Source: Bispira polyomma
Lineage: Eukaryota
Direction of reading: 5' to 3'
Assembly: GCA_965649765.1 (NCBI GenBank)
Contig: OZ287759.1
Span: 10,168,001 to 10,232,000, forward strand
Length of the DNA stretch: 64,000 nt
The notes beneath the pieces were generated by a model that was not told the origin of the DNA, ran no database searches, and worked only from the letters and a program-made list of their open reading frames with translations. The translations under genes were made by a program, and so were the position numbers. Below are positions 52,260 to 64,000 of this stretch, piece after piece. Position 1 is the first letter of the stretch, and each line of letters begins with the position of its first letter.

Positions 52260-54290
52260 ATGTTTTAGCAAATATATAAGCCAGTGTATTAATAATGGAA
52301 ACATTGCTAGAGCGCCAAATTGATGATGACATCCTCCAGGTCCAGTGGCAAGCAAAAGGTCATTACCAAAAAACATCCACCAAGGGATGGGTGACTAGGG
52401 AGGGTCTGAAAAAAAATTTCAGATGGCTTTTGAAATCAGTTATTTTATCCTGTGATCTGACAGTGTGTGGGAGTTTGTTTCATTTTACAGGAGCCGCGAC
52501 GGCAAAGCAGCGCCTAATGATTTTTCCTTTTTGGTCGAATTGAATATGTAATGCACAGGGACAGGTATAGGGATAGGTGGTGGTTGCTTGCATGTTGGAT
52601 ATATTGCCTATATATATTTCATTGCACATATAAAAACATATGCTTCAGCCAAATGTACAGGCTTATATTGATTGTGGAAAAGTTAATTGCAGCTTTTGCT
52701 GTTGCTACATATTAACCATTTAGATGTGTTTATACAGTTTTAGCTCATGCCTGTTCAAACTTTTTCTGTTTTTGTGTTCTTACCAATTTATTATTATTTA
52801 TTAACTTTGAAAGCAACAATAGCACTTTCACCCATTGCCATTTGGACCACATTCCAAGTTACCCTATCAACAGATATGACATTTTTTGTTGATTAAGGTT
52901 AGTTTTCCAACAAACACTTATACCACAAACAGGTTAAACCAGGTTAAAATGTTTATTACAAAGACCTTATATGCTAAGTCACTCAATATATGTGTAGTGT
53001 GATCGATAGTAATTATGAACAGGATAATTTAATTAAGAATAATTAAAACATGAAACTGCCCAAATATAACAAGGGAGTGATTAACTAGAGGTAAGTTCTG
53101 GTTACCAACAAATTTATTCTCTCCATGTTATTATTATTATTATTGTTGTACAAAATTTATATATAGTGCTTTATATATATTACTCTAAAGCGCTTTACAG
53201 AGTAATGGTAAACATGATTGCTTTTACAGAATGTTTTAACAATAGGTGAGTCTAAAAAGATGTGTTTTGAGTCACTTCTTAAAGCTGATATTGATTCACC
53301 ATCTTTCACACTCTCTGGTAGGCTGTTCCATAAAACTGGGGAGGCAACAGTGAATATTCTTTTTCTCTAAGTCACAGTTTTGTATTTTGGCATTAGAAGA
53401 AGTAACTTGTTTTCTGATCGTAGTGATCTGCTAGGGTAGTATCTCGTGAGCATATTGGCAATGTAGTCTTTGTGCTGAAATCGCATGTCAACTGGAAGCC
53501 GATGAAGTTCCTGTAGAACAGGTTTGATGGAATCTTTTTTACTCATTCTTGATATTATGCGTGCTGCAGTGTTTTGTACCCGCTGTGGGGTTTAATGGTG
53601 GTATTTAGCAGACCATGCAGCAGCACATTGCCATAATGTAATCGTGATATTACTAAGGAGTGAACAACTCCTGACTGTTATGATTATGTTATTGGAGCCA
53701 TTATCAGGGAGGTCCTTGAGTTCAAATGAATTATCTTTTTGACTCAGGACACTCGCACATGTTGAAAAAATACCTCCTGAAATGGCTAAAACACTGTACC
53801 GGGAGTTTCTGAGCTTCTGGAGACAACCCGTTATGGAGTGTTTGAAAACCTCTGCGAGTGGGAGGTAATTGGCTGATCAGTCATGGTCAATCGGATATCC
53901 TGTGATCTGACAGCGTGTGGGAGTTTGTTCCATTCAACAGGAGCCACAACAGCACAAGTACAGGTACAGGGATATGTGGTGGTTGCTTGCATGTTGTTTA
54001 TATATATTGCTAATGTATATTTCGTAAAAATTTTCCTGTGATATCCTGTGATCTGACAGCGTGTGGGAGTTTGTTCCATTGAACAGGAGCCGCAACGGCA
54101 CAGGTATAGGTACAGGGATATAAGGTGGTTGCTTGCATGTTGTGTATTTTTCCAATGTATATTTCATAAAAAATGTCAGAAAAATCAGCAAAATGTTTTT
54201 AGATTTTGTAAAAGTTAATTGTAGTTTTTTGTCAGCAAAATGCATATGGATTTTGTAAAAGTTAATTGTACTTTTTGCTGTTAAGCACAT
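52260..54290 (-). mobile_element. Cluster of L2/CR1-group 3' fragments (52260-52550, 53127-53690, 53815-54140) with local ~146-bp duplication
   Basis: Reverse strand VLQELHRLPV, IFTVASPVLWNSLPESV; (TAA)n tail at ~53128-53143; gatatcctgtgatctgacagcgtgtgggag repeated at ~53895 and 54040. Confidence 0.7.
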
Positions 54291-54356
54291 ATTACTCCCT
54301 TTCTGGTGTTTTTGTTACTAAGGATATTGTGATTTTATTCATTTGCTTTTCATCAG

Positions 54357-54376
54357 GCTTACATCAGTACTACTGA
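54357..54376 (+). CDS. Possible terminal coding exon of paralog B (G-LHQYY-stop)
   Basis: Good acceptor atttgcttttcatcag, correct phase, AATAAA at 54479-54484; no homology support. Confidence 0.25.
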
Positions 54377-54779
54377 ACTAAGTTACATGAATCGAGTGTG
54401 GATAAATCCCATTCGTCCACCAATTATATGTAAATCAGTAAATCACTGACAAAACAAGGCAACCAACCAAGCAGCATCAATAAAAACCTAACCTCCTCTG
54501 CAGAAATAAATATACTCTGACAAAGATGCTTTTTTTGGAGTACACATTTCAAAAAGTAAACATTAATCATTAAGCTTCTAAACATTTTAAAGTGAATGAA
54601 TTAATTTTGTTTAATTATGGAATTTAAAACAAAAAAAAGCTGTAAACGTCTGAGACTGTTATTATTTCTTTCCTGTATATCTCGTCAACTGACATTTTGC
54701 CATAGTTACTCCTCCAGTATAAATATCAGTCTTTCCACTTCAGCAATTTACAGAGTTGTGGAGCAAAGAGACTGTAATA

Positions 54780-55850
54780 TTTTTGATGGCACCAAATAAA
54801 GCAAAGGTGAGAGGAGAGCAAAGATTATTCCGGAGTTGGCAAAAAAAAAGAAGGTGAAGATTTCTCAGCAGCAGGTTTGAGGGCATCGGGTGTACTGTGA
54901 CCAACCCAATAGAACTTTGGTAAATTAGGAAAAGAGTGATACACTCCTTAACGAAAGAGGACAATAACTGGGGCAGAGCGTGTCAGTGTCAGTTTACATG
55001 AGTCAGTGAGTCAGTAAAAACGTTAATAACTAAGTAAAATTTTGGTAGGTAAGTTAGTAACTATGTAAAAATCTTAGTTAATAAGTAACTGGAAATGTGT
55101 TAGTAAATAAGGTACTAAGCTAATAAGTGGGTTATTTCATATAAGTTGATTTAATTTAGAAATGAAATTACAACATATTCAACATTTTGTTCCTGTTACA
55201 TACTTTCAGGTCCCTAGCTGTGGAGGTGGTTTTTCTCTATAAGGACAGTTTTCGGAAAGCTGAACAAAAGAAAGACTGTTAAGGCCCTGAAATCTAGGCA
55301 AATGTGGACCCTGGACAAAGTCTGCTTCCATGATGGCTACCTCACTTTTGGGATTGTAAGTATTATATATGACTGTATGGATACCACACCTTATGCTGCC
55401 CGCACAGTCATTTGGGGTCTATGTAATTATTTTGCTATGTAATGACTGCTTTAATGTGAATTTAGCATATAGTATGTACTTCACAAGATTATGTCAACAG
55501 TTTAGTGACATATAGTTATGTGATGTTGCAGGCCCCGTCCAAGCAGGCCCTATCCAACCAGACCCTGTCAGCTTGGCCCTAGCCAGCTCCCAGCCAGCCA
55601 GCACCCAGCAGTGATATGTGCACCTTCAGCCAGTTGATGGGGATACCAAATAACCTGTGGACAGGATTTATGACGGACGGCTTCAGCATGGTCACGAGGT
55701 ACAGTCTACAGATTGAGCAACATATTACAACCTAATACAACCATATTAGGACATCTGCTTGAATCAGGTGAACCTGTCACAGACAAACTTTGAGACTGAA
55801 GGTTCAATCAAGAACAGGCTGTCCTGCCAGTTTGCAGTTATAAAGGGGTG
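54780..55850 (+). pseudogene. Third Harbinger ORF2 (MADF-like) remnant, with introns
   Basis: Exon 55210-55355 encodes GP*LWRWFFSIRTVFGKLNKRK...LKSRQMWTLDK, matching the MADF end at 28680-28810. Confidence 0.55.
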
Positions 55851-56084
55851 GGGAACAGTGGTAGGAGATAGTGTTGGAGGACCAGTTGTTGAGGATAGTA
55901 TGTGTGGGGAGACAGAGTTAAAGAGACATTGTTGTTCGAAACAGTGTTGGGGTTGGAGATGCAGTATTAATGTAGATATACATATAACATGTTTTTTGGT
56001 TATTATAAAATAAATTGTTTCAAGTATAAGGTTTTATTAAAGACCACTGGCTGCCTGTTAAATAGCGCTTTTTTTTTAATACAG

Positions 56085-56428
56085 CCTTCTTCTGCTTAAA
56101 GCTATCAAATACAAACACCCTCCTATCTGTCCTAACTTATCAAATCTAGTAGCCTTACCCTGGTAAAAAGGCTCTCCGTCTCCTCAACCTCACCAAACAG
56201 AAAAATCGGTAGACGCTCTTTTGCCATTGCGGCTCTTGTTGAATAAAACAAACTCCTACACCCTGTCAGATCACAGGATAAAATTACTAGTTCCCGAAGC
56301 CACCTGAAAACTTGGTGCATGCTTTCTGGTAACAACCTTTGCTTGCCCCTAGACTATTCGTTTTTGGATATAAGTGCCTTAGATGATGTTCTCATCAATT
56401 TGGCACTTTAATTTTTTTTAATTATTAT
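56085..56428 (+). mobile_element. L2/CR1-group LINE 3' fragment
   Basis: Inverted counterpart of 52260-52550 (gtcagatcacaggataaaat). Confidence 0.65.
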
Positions 56429-56429
56429 G

Positions 56430-56695
56430 TATGCACGGATCCTGGCTAACCCCAGCTGGTTGGAAGTCCCAGATAAATTGCCAAACATTGATTGGAATAT
56501 GTAATACTTATTGTGGTTTCATTCAAGTTAACTTACAGTCAACTACTTCCCTGCTGTTATTGTCTTTCTTTGAGTTTTTGGTAGCAAGTAAAATGTCACA
56601 CTCCTCCATTCTTAATCACATAGCTGGAATAAGGGCAATCTTTGCAATGCATGGGCTGGATACGACCGCATTCAATGATCCACATATCAAGTAAT
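56430..56695 (+). mobile_element. DIRS-order tyrosine recombinase N-terminal fragment
   Basis: LLSFFEFLVASKMSHSSILNHIAGIRAIFAMHGLD...DPHIK resembles 24422-24760. Confidence 0.7.
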
Positions 56696-56712
56696 TAGGC
56701 CCAACTCCCTAA

Positions 56713-57551
56713 AACCTTGTCAATGTTGTCATAGAAATTCTGCCCAAAGTGGGAATTGTTGTTACAGAGCAGGATATCGCAGAGGCTTATTTTATTGGCC
56801 CAGGAATGGAAGGAAGATCCAGATTAGTGATTGTAAAGGTCTGACAATGGCACAATAAGGAAAAGATAATGAAAGCAAAACAGAACCTACACACTAAAGA
56901 AGTTGTGGAAAGACGTAAATTGCGGCTTCTGATTTTCTTCAAAGCACTTCAGCTACATCTAGATTTCAAGCCAAGATTTAATGTTGACAGAATCATTCTA
57001 GACGGTAAGATTTACACTATTGACAATATTGCCACAATTGATAACCCATTGCTTTTGCCTCAGAATGTGTTCACACCGAGGCTTGGTGGAGTGCAAGCAT
57101 TTTATACTAGAAACTCCCCCTGAAGTAACCACCATCCCGCAAAATTTAATGCAGAGGACATTGTATTCACATCAACAGAGCAGTACTTGATGTACAAAAA
57201 AGCCACTCACTTTAAAGACAAGGAAGCAGCGGCAGGTAGCCTTCAAGCCCAATACCCTGTCATGATTAAACAGATGGCCAAATCTGTAAGAGGTTTCAAA
57301 AAGGCGGAATGGTTCCAGGTGGCTCCGGATTATATGTTTAAAGGAATGTTTGCTAAATTTCATCAGAATGAGCTGTAAAAGGCCTTCTTGTTGTCCACAG
57401 GCAAGCATACTCTAGTTGATGCAAATATATTTGACAAATTCTGGGGAGCTGGATTACCACTGAGCAGCAGAGACATATTCAATCCAGACAAATGGCCAGG
57501 CAAAATGTAGCTGGTAAGACATTGGAACATGTGAGACATGCATCGTTCTAA
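56713..57551 (+). pseudogene. L1-type ORF1 (RRM + CTD) fused in frame to a NADAR/YbiA-like domain (57097-57551)
   Basis: One frame with stops at 56842, 57121 and 57376 and a 1-nt deletion near 57505: QDIAEAYFIG...SRLVIVKV...KEKIMKAK...ERRK...DRIILDGKIYT...AFYTRNSP*SNHHP...STEQYLMYKKA...AKFHQN...FLLSTG...LVDANIFDKFWGAGL...WPGK/NVAGKTLEHVR. Confidence 0.9.
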
Positions 57552-58039
57552 AGATAAAGTGCTTTAACTTGACAATTTACCTGCAGTTGTTGCAGCTAGA
57601 AATATTCATAAACTGTTTATAAACCTAAACAATCATTTGTCCTAAAGTTACAGTTGCTTTCATTTGAAAATTCACCTGCAGTAGCTAAGGCTAGAAATAA
57701 TTATAAACCACACAAATTTAGCTATGTGTTTATACAGAGGTTTGTTTCATTCTTGTGTACAGAGTTATATTTTCACTTTTTGTTCTAAATTGGATTAAAT
57801 GGTCACTTTTGTATAGGGTGAACTTCTACCCATTTTGGGAGAATTTACACTGACTTTAGTCTCTAACATGGTTTACCACATAAATGCTGGTGGAAAATAG
57901 TTAATATTTGGAAGACATTTATTTTTTTGTATCATAATGTTTAAAAGCAAATGGAACACTTTGTTTATCTTTTCTTTTATACTTTTTAACTTTTATAATC
58001 AAATTGATATGCAATTAAGTGGTCACACAAAAATTTTCA

Positions 58040-60190
58040 ACAATCCTAAGATAAATTGGAGGAATATGATTTGAATAATTTATTAAAGGATTATGAGGTA
58101 AAGAAATTGACTGAAGCACAAACATCACACTTTGGTGGCCTGCTTTCTATTGATAAAATTGGTATGGTCTTAAAACAAATGAAGAATAATAAAAACCCGG
58201 TATTAATAGATTTTCCTTTGAGTTTTTAAAGATATTCTGGAAGGATTTAAGAGTTTTTATCACCCAGGCTTTAAATTGCAGCTTTAAAAAGGAATATTAC
58301 CACTTACACTGCGACAGTTTTCATTACTTGCCTACCAAAGAAAGAAAAGAATCAACATTTGTCTCATCTATGATATTATGCATTACACAGAAGTTTATCA
58401 AATTCCAGGAATATTAGTCATGGTTGATTTTGAAAAGGCCTTTGTTTCAATTACATGGCCTTTTATTTACGATGTTCTTAGATTTCTAAATTTTAATGAA
58501 ACTTTTAAAGACTGGATCAGACTATTTAACAGTGAAATCAAATCAAGCGTGATTCAATGTGGTTTTCTCTCTCTTAGTTCATAAACATTCATTAAGGGTG
58601 TAAACAGGGAGATCCTATCTCCCCTTATCTTTTTTTTTCTTGGGGCACAAATATTAGCTATATTAATTTTTAATAACCTAGGCATAAATGGCATTAAATG
58701 TAACAATATGACATTAAAGCTAACACAATTTGCTGATGACACCATTTTAATCTTGGACAGTTCGGCTGATTCTTTAAGAGCAGCACTTAATACTTTGGAA
58801 GTTTTTGGCAATATATCTGGATTAATTGTAAACAAAGATACAACACAAATTTTATGGATTGGCAAGAAGAAGCATTGCAAAGAAACATTAATAAATATTA
58901 AATTTCAATGGGATACCAGCCAGTTTACCCTTTTGGGAGTTAATTTCTCCGTAGATTTACGTAGATGCACTTTATATGGTCTAATAAACCTGATAAAATA
59001 AATAGAAAAACATTTATGCTTGATTATTAGTTGGGTTGGGTAAGGATGTGTAATTTGGATTATATTATGCAAGCTACGAAGGCTACATGGATACGGCGCA
59101 TAGTAAGAGATTGTAAACCGTGGCTGCAGTTGTTCCAGAATACCATAACTGAAAATATAATGCAATTTCTTATTTAAGGACCTATTTACCTGAAATATGT
59201 GACAAAAAAACCTCAAATAAATTCTGGGTGGATGTTTTAATGCCTGGGACATTATTTGTCAAAACCAAACCGAGAAATATTATATTAACCTACTAGCAAG
59301 TCCACTTTGGTTTAATGAAAGAATATTAAGAGACATAATGGTTATGTCTACATGGTATAAAAATGGCATTGATATGGTGGCCGATGTAATAGATACATCT
59401 GTCAAAGTCCTTAATCTTAGCCGACTAAAGCAGAAGTTCTGTATAAATCATATTGATTCACTAAATTACTTAACTGTTACACAAAATGTTCATATATATT
59501 CCTTTGCAAAGTACACTCAGAAGGAAATGCAATTATGCAAAGACCAGCAAAACCTTTCTTTATGAAAATACTATTTAAGGCAAACCAAGGGGCTAGGGTT
59601 TTCTACAGAAAACTCAACAACAATAATGTAAATGAACATTCAGTGAAATTAAAATGGAACAGAGTCATAAAATTAATAATTGATAATGAAACATGTTCCA
59701 CTATATTCAACACCTGCTATAGAACAATTAAGAGTAGGAATTTAATATGGTCCAAATACTTTACAGAATATTGGGAACAAAAAGCTATTTATATAAACTT
59801 CAGATAAAAGATGACACATTGTGTAAAAAATGTGGACGGGATCAAACCATTTTGCATATGTTTGTTGAATGTGAAAGTATAAAAATGTATGGACCCAGCT
59901 CTCAAGGGTTATTAAATACAGGATCAACGTTAATGTAATTTTTAGTACTTGGGACATTATATTTGGATAATCCTTTCACTGATCAAAATCAAAAACCATT
60001 AAATGCAATAATCATTGTCACTAAGAAGTTTATTTATGATACATTCATTAGTGACAATATGCGCAAAAATATGTACACTGTTGCAAAGATTAGAAAGTAT
60101 TTATATAGATGAAGAATATTTAGCAAAACTTACAGATAAAACATTGAATTTTGCAAATATATGGGGGAAATGGAGTCCTCCTTTTTGTCA
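58040..60190 (+). pseudogene. L1/Tx1-type ORF2: reverse transcriptase and Cys/His-rich C-terminus (disrupted)
   Basis: LKQMKNNK, VDFEKAF.SITWPFI, GCKQGDPISPYLF, LTQFADDTILIL, ISGLIVNKD, ILYRILGTKSYL...LCKKCG..QTILHMFVEC. Confidence 0.92.
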
Positions 60191-60519
60191 CAGGGATTAT
60201 ATAGAAATATCAAATATATTGTTTTTTTTTGTCTTTGGTCTTGTATGTTAATAAGAGTAGTAAAGGTAAGAAATATTGCATGTAAAATTATATTACAGAG
60301 TATTGTTAATTCCTGAAGTCAGTAACATATATATCTAGATGTAAAGTAATACAATTATTGATACTAGTGTGTTATGGTGTTAAACGTTATATAATGTAAA
60401 TTCCTAAAGTCAGTAACATGAATATCTTGATGTAACTTTGTTCAATCATTTGATACTAGTGTGTTTTGGTGTTAAACATTTCTATATATTAACATGAAAA
60501 ATACAAAAAAGTAATAAGG

Positions 60520-63500
60520 CGCTTCTATTCTATAGACTATTTAAGGCTAAGATCAACAAACTACTATCCATATAATTATTGACCCAAGTAGTTAGGACAT
60601 GTGACGCCTTGTTCTTCGCCATTTGTTGGCCATTTGTACAGCACGACCACAGAGAGGTCTGCTAACGCAGTTCCCCATTAGGTTGTATGACCACCTTAAC
60701 CCCTAGGGGCAGATTTGACTATAGGGCTCCAATCTGTCTCCTCCAATCAGATTCTTATATGATAGAACACATGCAAAACGAGAGGGTCACGTACCATATT
60801 GATCTCACACACTGACAGAGAAACAGCTTTTAAAAATTGAAGGTCGCCATTGTGTATGGTCGACCATATTGGATTTAAAATTTTTTTTAGGCTTTTAGTT
60901 TCTTGTTTTATATAGTTTTGAGTGTTTTTACAAAGATTTTATATGTTTACAAACAGTCTATATATATATACCCATAATATGGGACGTACCAAGAAGACAC
61001 CCTCGGACGTTCCTAAGAAAGCCATAAGACAGAGCAGTAAGAGTACGGGGAAAGGACGGCCATCAAGGAAAACAGTTCAAGTCGAACAGGTATCAGACAG
61101 TATAATTAACAGCCTCAATTTACCATGTTATCATCCCGACAATTCACAGTTTGCTTCTCCAATACTCGCAATGGGTACACAGGCCCAAGCTACAGCCACG
61201 GCTCGTTTGCTCTCGCATTGTCCCGAGCAAGATCGGCCAACGGATTTTCCCTGTTTCCACTTTACCGACGACCAGTAGTGAAATGACCCTCATGATGTCA
61301 GTACTTCGACGACTGGAGGAATCAAACTCGCAGATTACTCGGACGCTTAACCAGATGGAAGCGTGTGAAGCTTCAAATGTGACAACCCATGTTCAGCCGA
61401 GTCAGATCCAACCTACAGGGCTACTCACCAATAACCAGGTCGGGCAATTTAACACAGTCCCTGCGACTGGGGCGAATCTGCAGCTACCCAATCCGCTCCA
61501 ACCACCCAGCACGGGGCAGCAGCAATATACTAAGGACGAGATTGTTCCAACAGTGGAAACTCTGAAGTCATTACCTGATGTGCAATCGCTGGTGAATCAA
61601 CGTCTCGCACAATATGAGTCGCACGTTCAGTGCGCCTTAGCCCAAGGTAAGCGACAGAAATCAGGGTGATTGAATAACACTGACATCGCGTCAACAGAAC
61701 CTAAGTTTAGATGGGCAACGAAGGCTGGGTCGGCAGGCCGACTCGCAAGTAACCTATGTATGACGACTTATCGCTCCCCCAGTGGGCTGCAGGACAGTTA
61801 CCAAATGCCCTTCAGGTCACAGATCCGGTAGTTATAAAGGCGATGGTACAACAGGTGATATTCTCTCTTCGGGATGCAGCTTCCCTGCCATGGGAAGTTG
61901 TGTGCACTGCGTGGTTCATGAGTATGCATGAGGTCAAAGCTGGGCGTTTAGGATGGAGTGACACCACTCAGTGGGCACAAAACCGTATTAGTGCCTCCCA
62001 GACGGTGATGGCGAATGGAAACACGGCTTTTGCATCCAATTCTAACTCCAACGCCCATAATTCAAGTCAAGGGCGAACAATTTGCAAGCTATTCAATGCA
62101 GGCAAATGTTCTCATCGTGCTGACCACGGCCAATACCGCCATCAGTGTTGGCATTGTGCCACAGTCCTCAAGAAAGAAGCAACACATCCGGAATTCAAAT
62201 ATTATTGGGCGAATTTGACAAAACAGGCAGAAGGAGCAGTCAATAATTAGGACATTTGCCGACGACCAAGAAGTGGGACAATGGAAGAGCATGTTAAGGG
62301 CAGTAATATTAAAAAGAGCATAGGAACTTTGAGTGATTTAAATAGTGATTATTTAAGTTATAATAATCAAACAGTTTCTAATATGTATGATAAAATATTG
62401 AACCAAGAAAGGTTCTTAGAGACACTTGCTTATGTAAAGACACCTCTGATAGATGTTGGAAATTATATTGACATTAATGAACAGTGCAAGGTAGATTACA
62501 ATGCTTTGAATGTGGACATATCTGTCAGTAATGATAATTATGTTTTAAAAAATCATAATGTACCCTTTTAGATATATGAGGCTGTCAGCAATGTTCCCAA
62601 GGTACAATTGGTTACTGCTAATGTATATATCATAAATTGGTCATATTGTTGTGGAAATTTTGGGGATAGTTTACCTGTATTGTATATTAATACAGGCAGA
62701 TCTGAATTGGATGGTTTTTACATTAAAAAATATGATTATGTAGGGAAGATTTGTAACTATACTAATTGCCATTCACTGCCTGAGGGCCCAATTTTGGTTA
62801 TTGACCATGGAGAAATGCAAATAGCAGTAACCACTATACAGGAGAGCATTGTGAATGAAAATATTACATATTATGATTCAGCAGAAAAGTCACAGGCTCA
62901 GAATGTTTATAAAAATTTTAGTCAGGATCAAGAATTTAGGGAAAGATTTGGACATGGATATGTACAACATATGGAAAATGTAATTGATGAGTTAATTGAG
63001 AACAGTGAACAATCTGAGGAAAAATTAGGTGAAAATGTTTCACCAAAACAAAAAGTTACTAACTTAACTAACACACGTAATCTTGGAAACAAGGTAAAAA
63101 ATCTCATGACTTCGTCCGACTTCTCCGCCAAATTTTTCAGGAACTTGGGCAAGAAGTTGTCCCAAGGATCCAGGGCAGTAAGAATGTCAAATTTCCTTCG
63201 AAAACTAAGGGTTTTTAGCAATTTCTAATACAAAATTTGAATTCATTGGTCCAGATAGATTACCAGTTCATATTACAACTGTTGATCAAATAGTAGATAT
63301 AGCTGAAGTTATCAGAGATTCTGGATGCCCCAATTACAGGGGAGCACGCATCCCTCTTAAATCTGGCCTTAAAATTGAAGGTTGGGAAAAGGCACTGGAA
63401 GATTACCCTGATAAACTTTTGTTACAGTACCTAAAATTCTGTTTTCCGTTATCTCTCACTCAACCAGATACACTTAAGGTTAAGGAAACCAAGAATCACT

Positions 63501-63990
63501 ATTCTGCCCTTCAACATAAAACAGCAGTAAGGAATTACATCAATAAAGAAAAAGCCCATTATAGGATATACATGGAGTCATGGAACCTGGATCTCTGAAT
63601 GTGTGTGGAGGTATATATGTAACCTCAGACCACTGGGCCTTTCAGAAAGTAGCACTCTCTTTCAAAACACTTCTTGCTACATCTACTCCCTAATTGGGCC
63701 TTGGTGCTTTACTTCTACACTGTTTGCAACTGATATGCTCAGAAATGGTAACTCAATTTAATATTATACTTAGTTTAAGGCCACCCTAAGTTTTACAATA
63801 TAAAATTACCTAACCTTAAATTAAGGTAACTTTAATTTTACACTTAAGTTGCCTAACCTTAAAGTGAGGCTAAGGAAACCTTAACTTGTATGACATTCAG
63901 TTTAAATCATACCTATCTTTTCATTTAAACTTAACTCCTTAGGGTGGCATTTTCTTAACTCTTACTATTGATAAAGTCTGTAAATAATAT
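60520..63990 (+). mobile_element. Internally deleted DIRS-order retrotransposon (gag, RT N-terminus, YR C-terminus, 3' region)
   Basis: gag YDDLSLPQWAAGQL...ICKLFNAGKCSH...RHQCWHC...HP; RT PNYRGARIPLKSGL...NHYSAL; abrupt jump near 63560 to YR HGTWISECVWRYI. Confidence 0.88.
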
Positions 63991-64000
63991 ATTTAGCTGT

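Larger units (their letters stand above)
56697..60512 (+). mobile_element. Decayed L1/Tx1-clade non-LTR retrotransposon: ORF1(RRM-CTD)-NADAR, spacer, ORF2 RT plus C-terminal zinc finger
   Basis: ORF1 and ORF2 remnants on the same strand, ~0.5 kb apart; the endonuclease region is not visible; A-rich end near 60497-60510. Confidence 0.75.

Noticed and set aside
55210-55217. GT CCC TAG as terminal exon of paralog B
   Set aside because: The same frame continues as LWRWFFSIRTVFGKL, so this is a dead MADF exon of a Harbinger ORF2 remnant.
57097-57551. Stand-alone host or bacterial ybiA gene
   Set aside because: In frame with retrotransposon ORF1 sequence, carries stops and a frameshift, and is flanked by TE remnants.
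62281-63228. ORFs as host genes
   Set aside because: They lie between DIRS gag and RT, equivalent to the linker at 26204-26728.

Overview
AT-rich animal genomic DNA, probably from an invertebrate (spliceosomal introns, TE-dense); not prokaryotic. Two same-strand, intron-containing paralogs of the HHIP-like (HHIPL; PQQ-dehydrogenase-type six-bladed beta-propeller) family are present: the 3' half of gene A (4076-8279) and almost all of gene B (39294-51527 plus an uncertain last exon). Gene B lacks the usual N-terminal cysteine-rich domain and has a Pro/Thr stalk. Between them lie three diverged tandem copies of a ~4-5 kb unit carrying a conserved 6-nt candidate microexon (cag|AACATG|gt). The rest is layered decayed mobile DNA: a PIF/Harbinger element with TIRs and TTA TSD, two more Harbinger ORF2 (MADF) remnants, six DIRS-order (Ngaro/PAT-like) pieces, a solo LTR with a 5-bp TSD, many L2/CR1-group LINE fragments (one with a 2A-like motif), a Helentron-type element with a 146-147 bp satellite, MITEs, a tRNA-derived SINE and a 52-bp minisatellite. 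The most striking item is a decayed L1/Tx1-type retrotransposon (~56.7-60.5 kb) whose ORF1 is fused in frame to a complete NADAR (YbiA-like N-glycosidase / ADP-ribosyl-guanine hydrolase) domain. All calls are by eye, and TE boundaries are approximate unless TIRs or TSDs are given.
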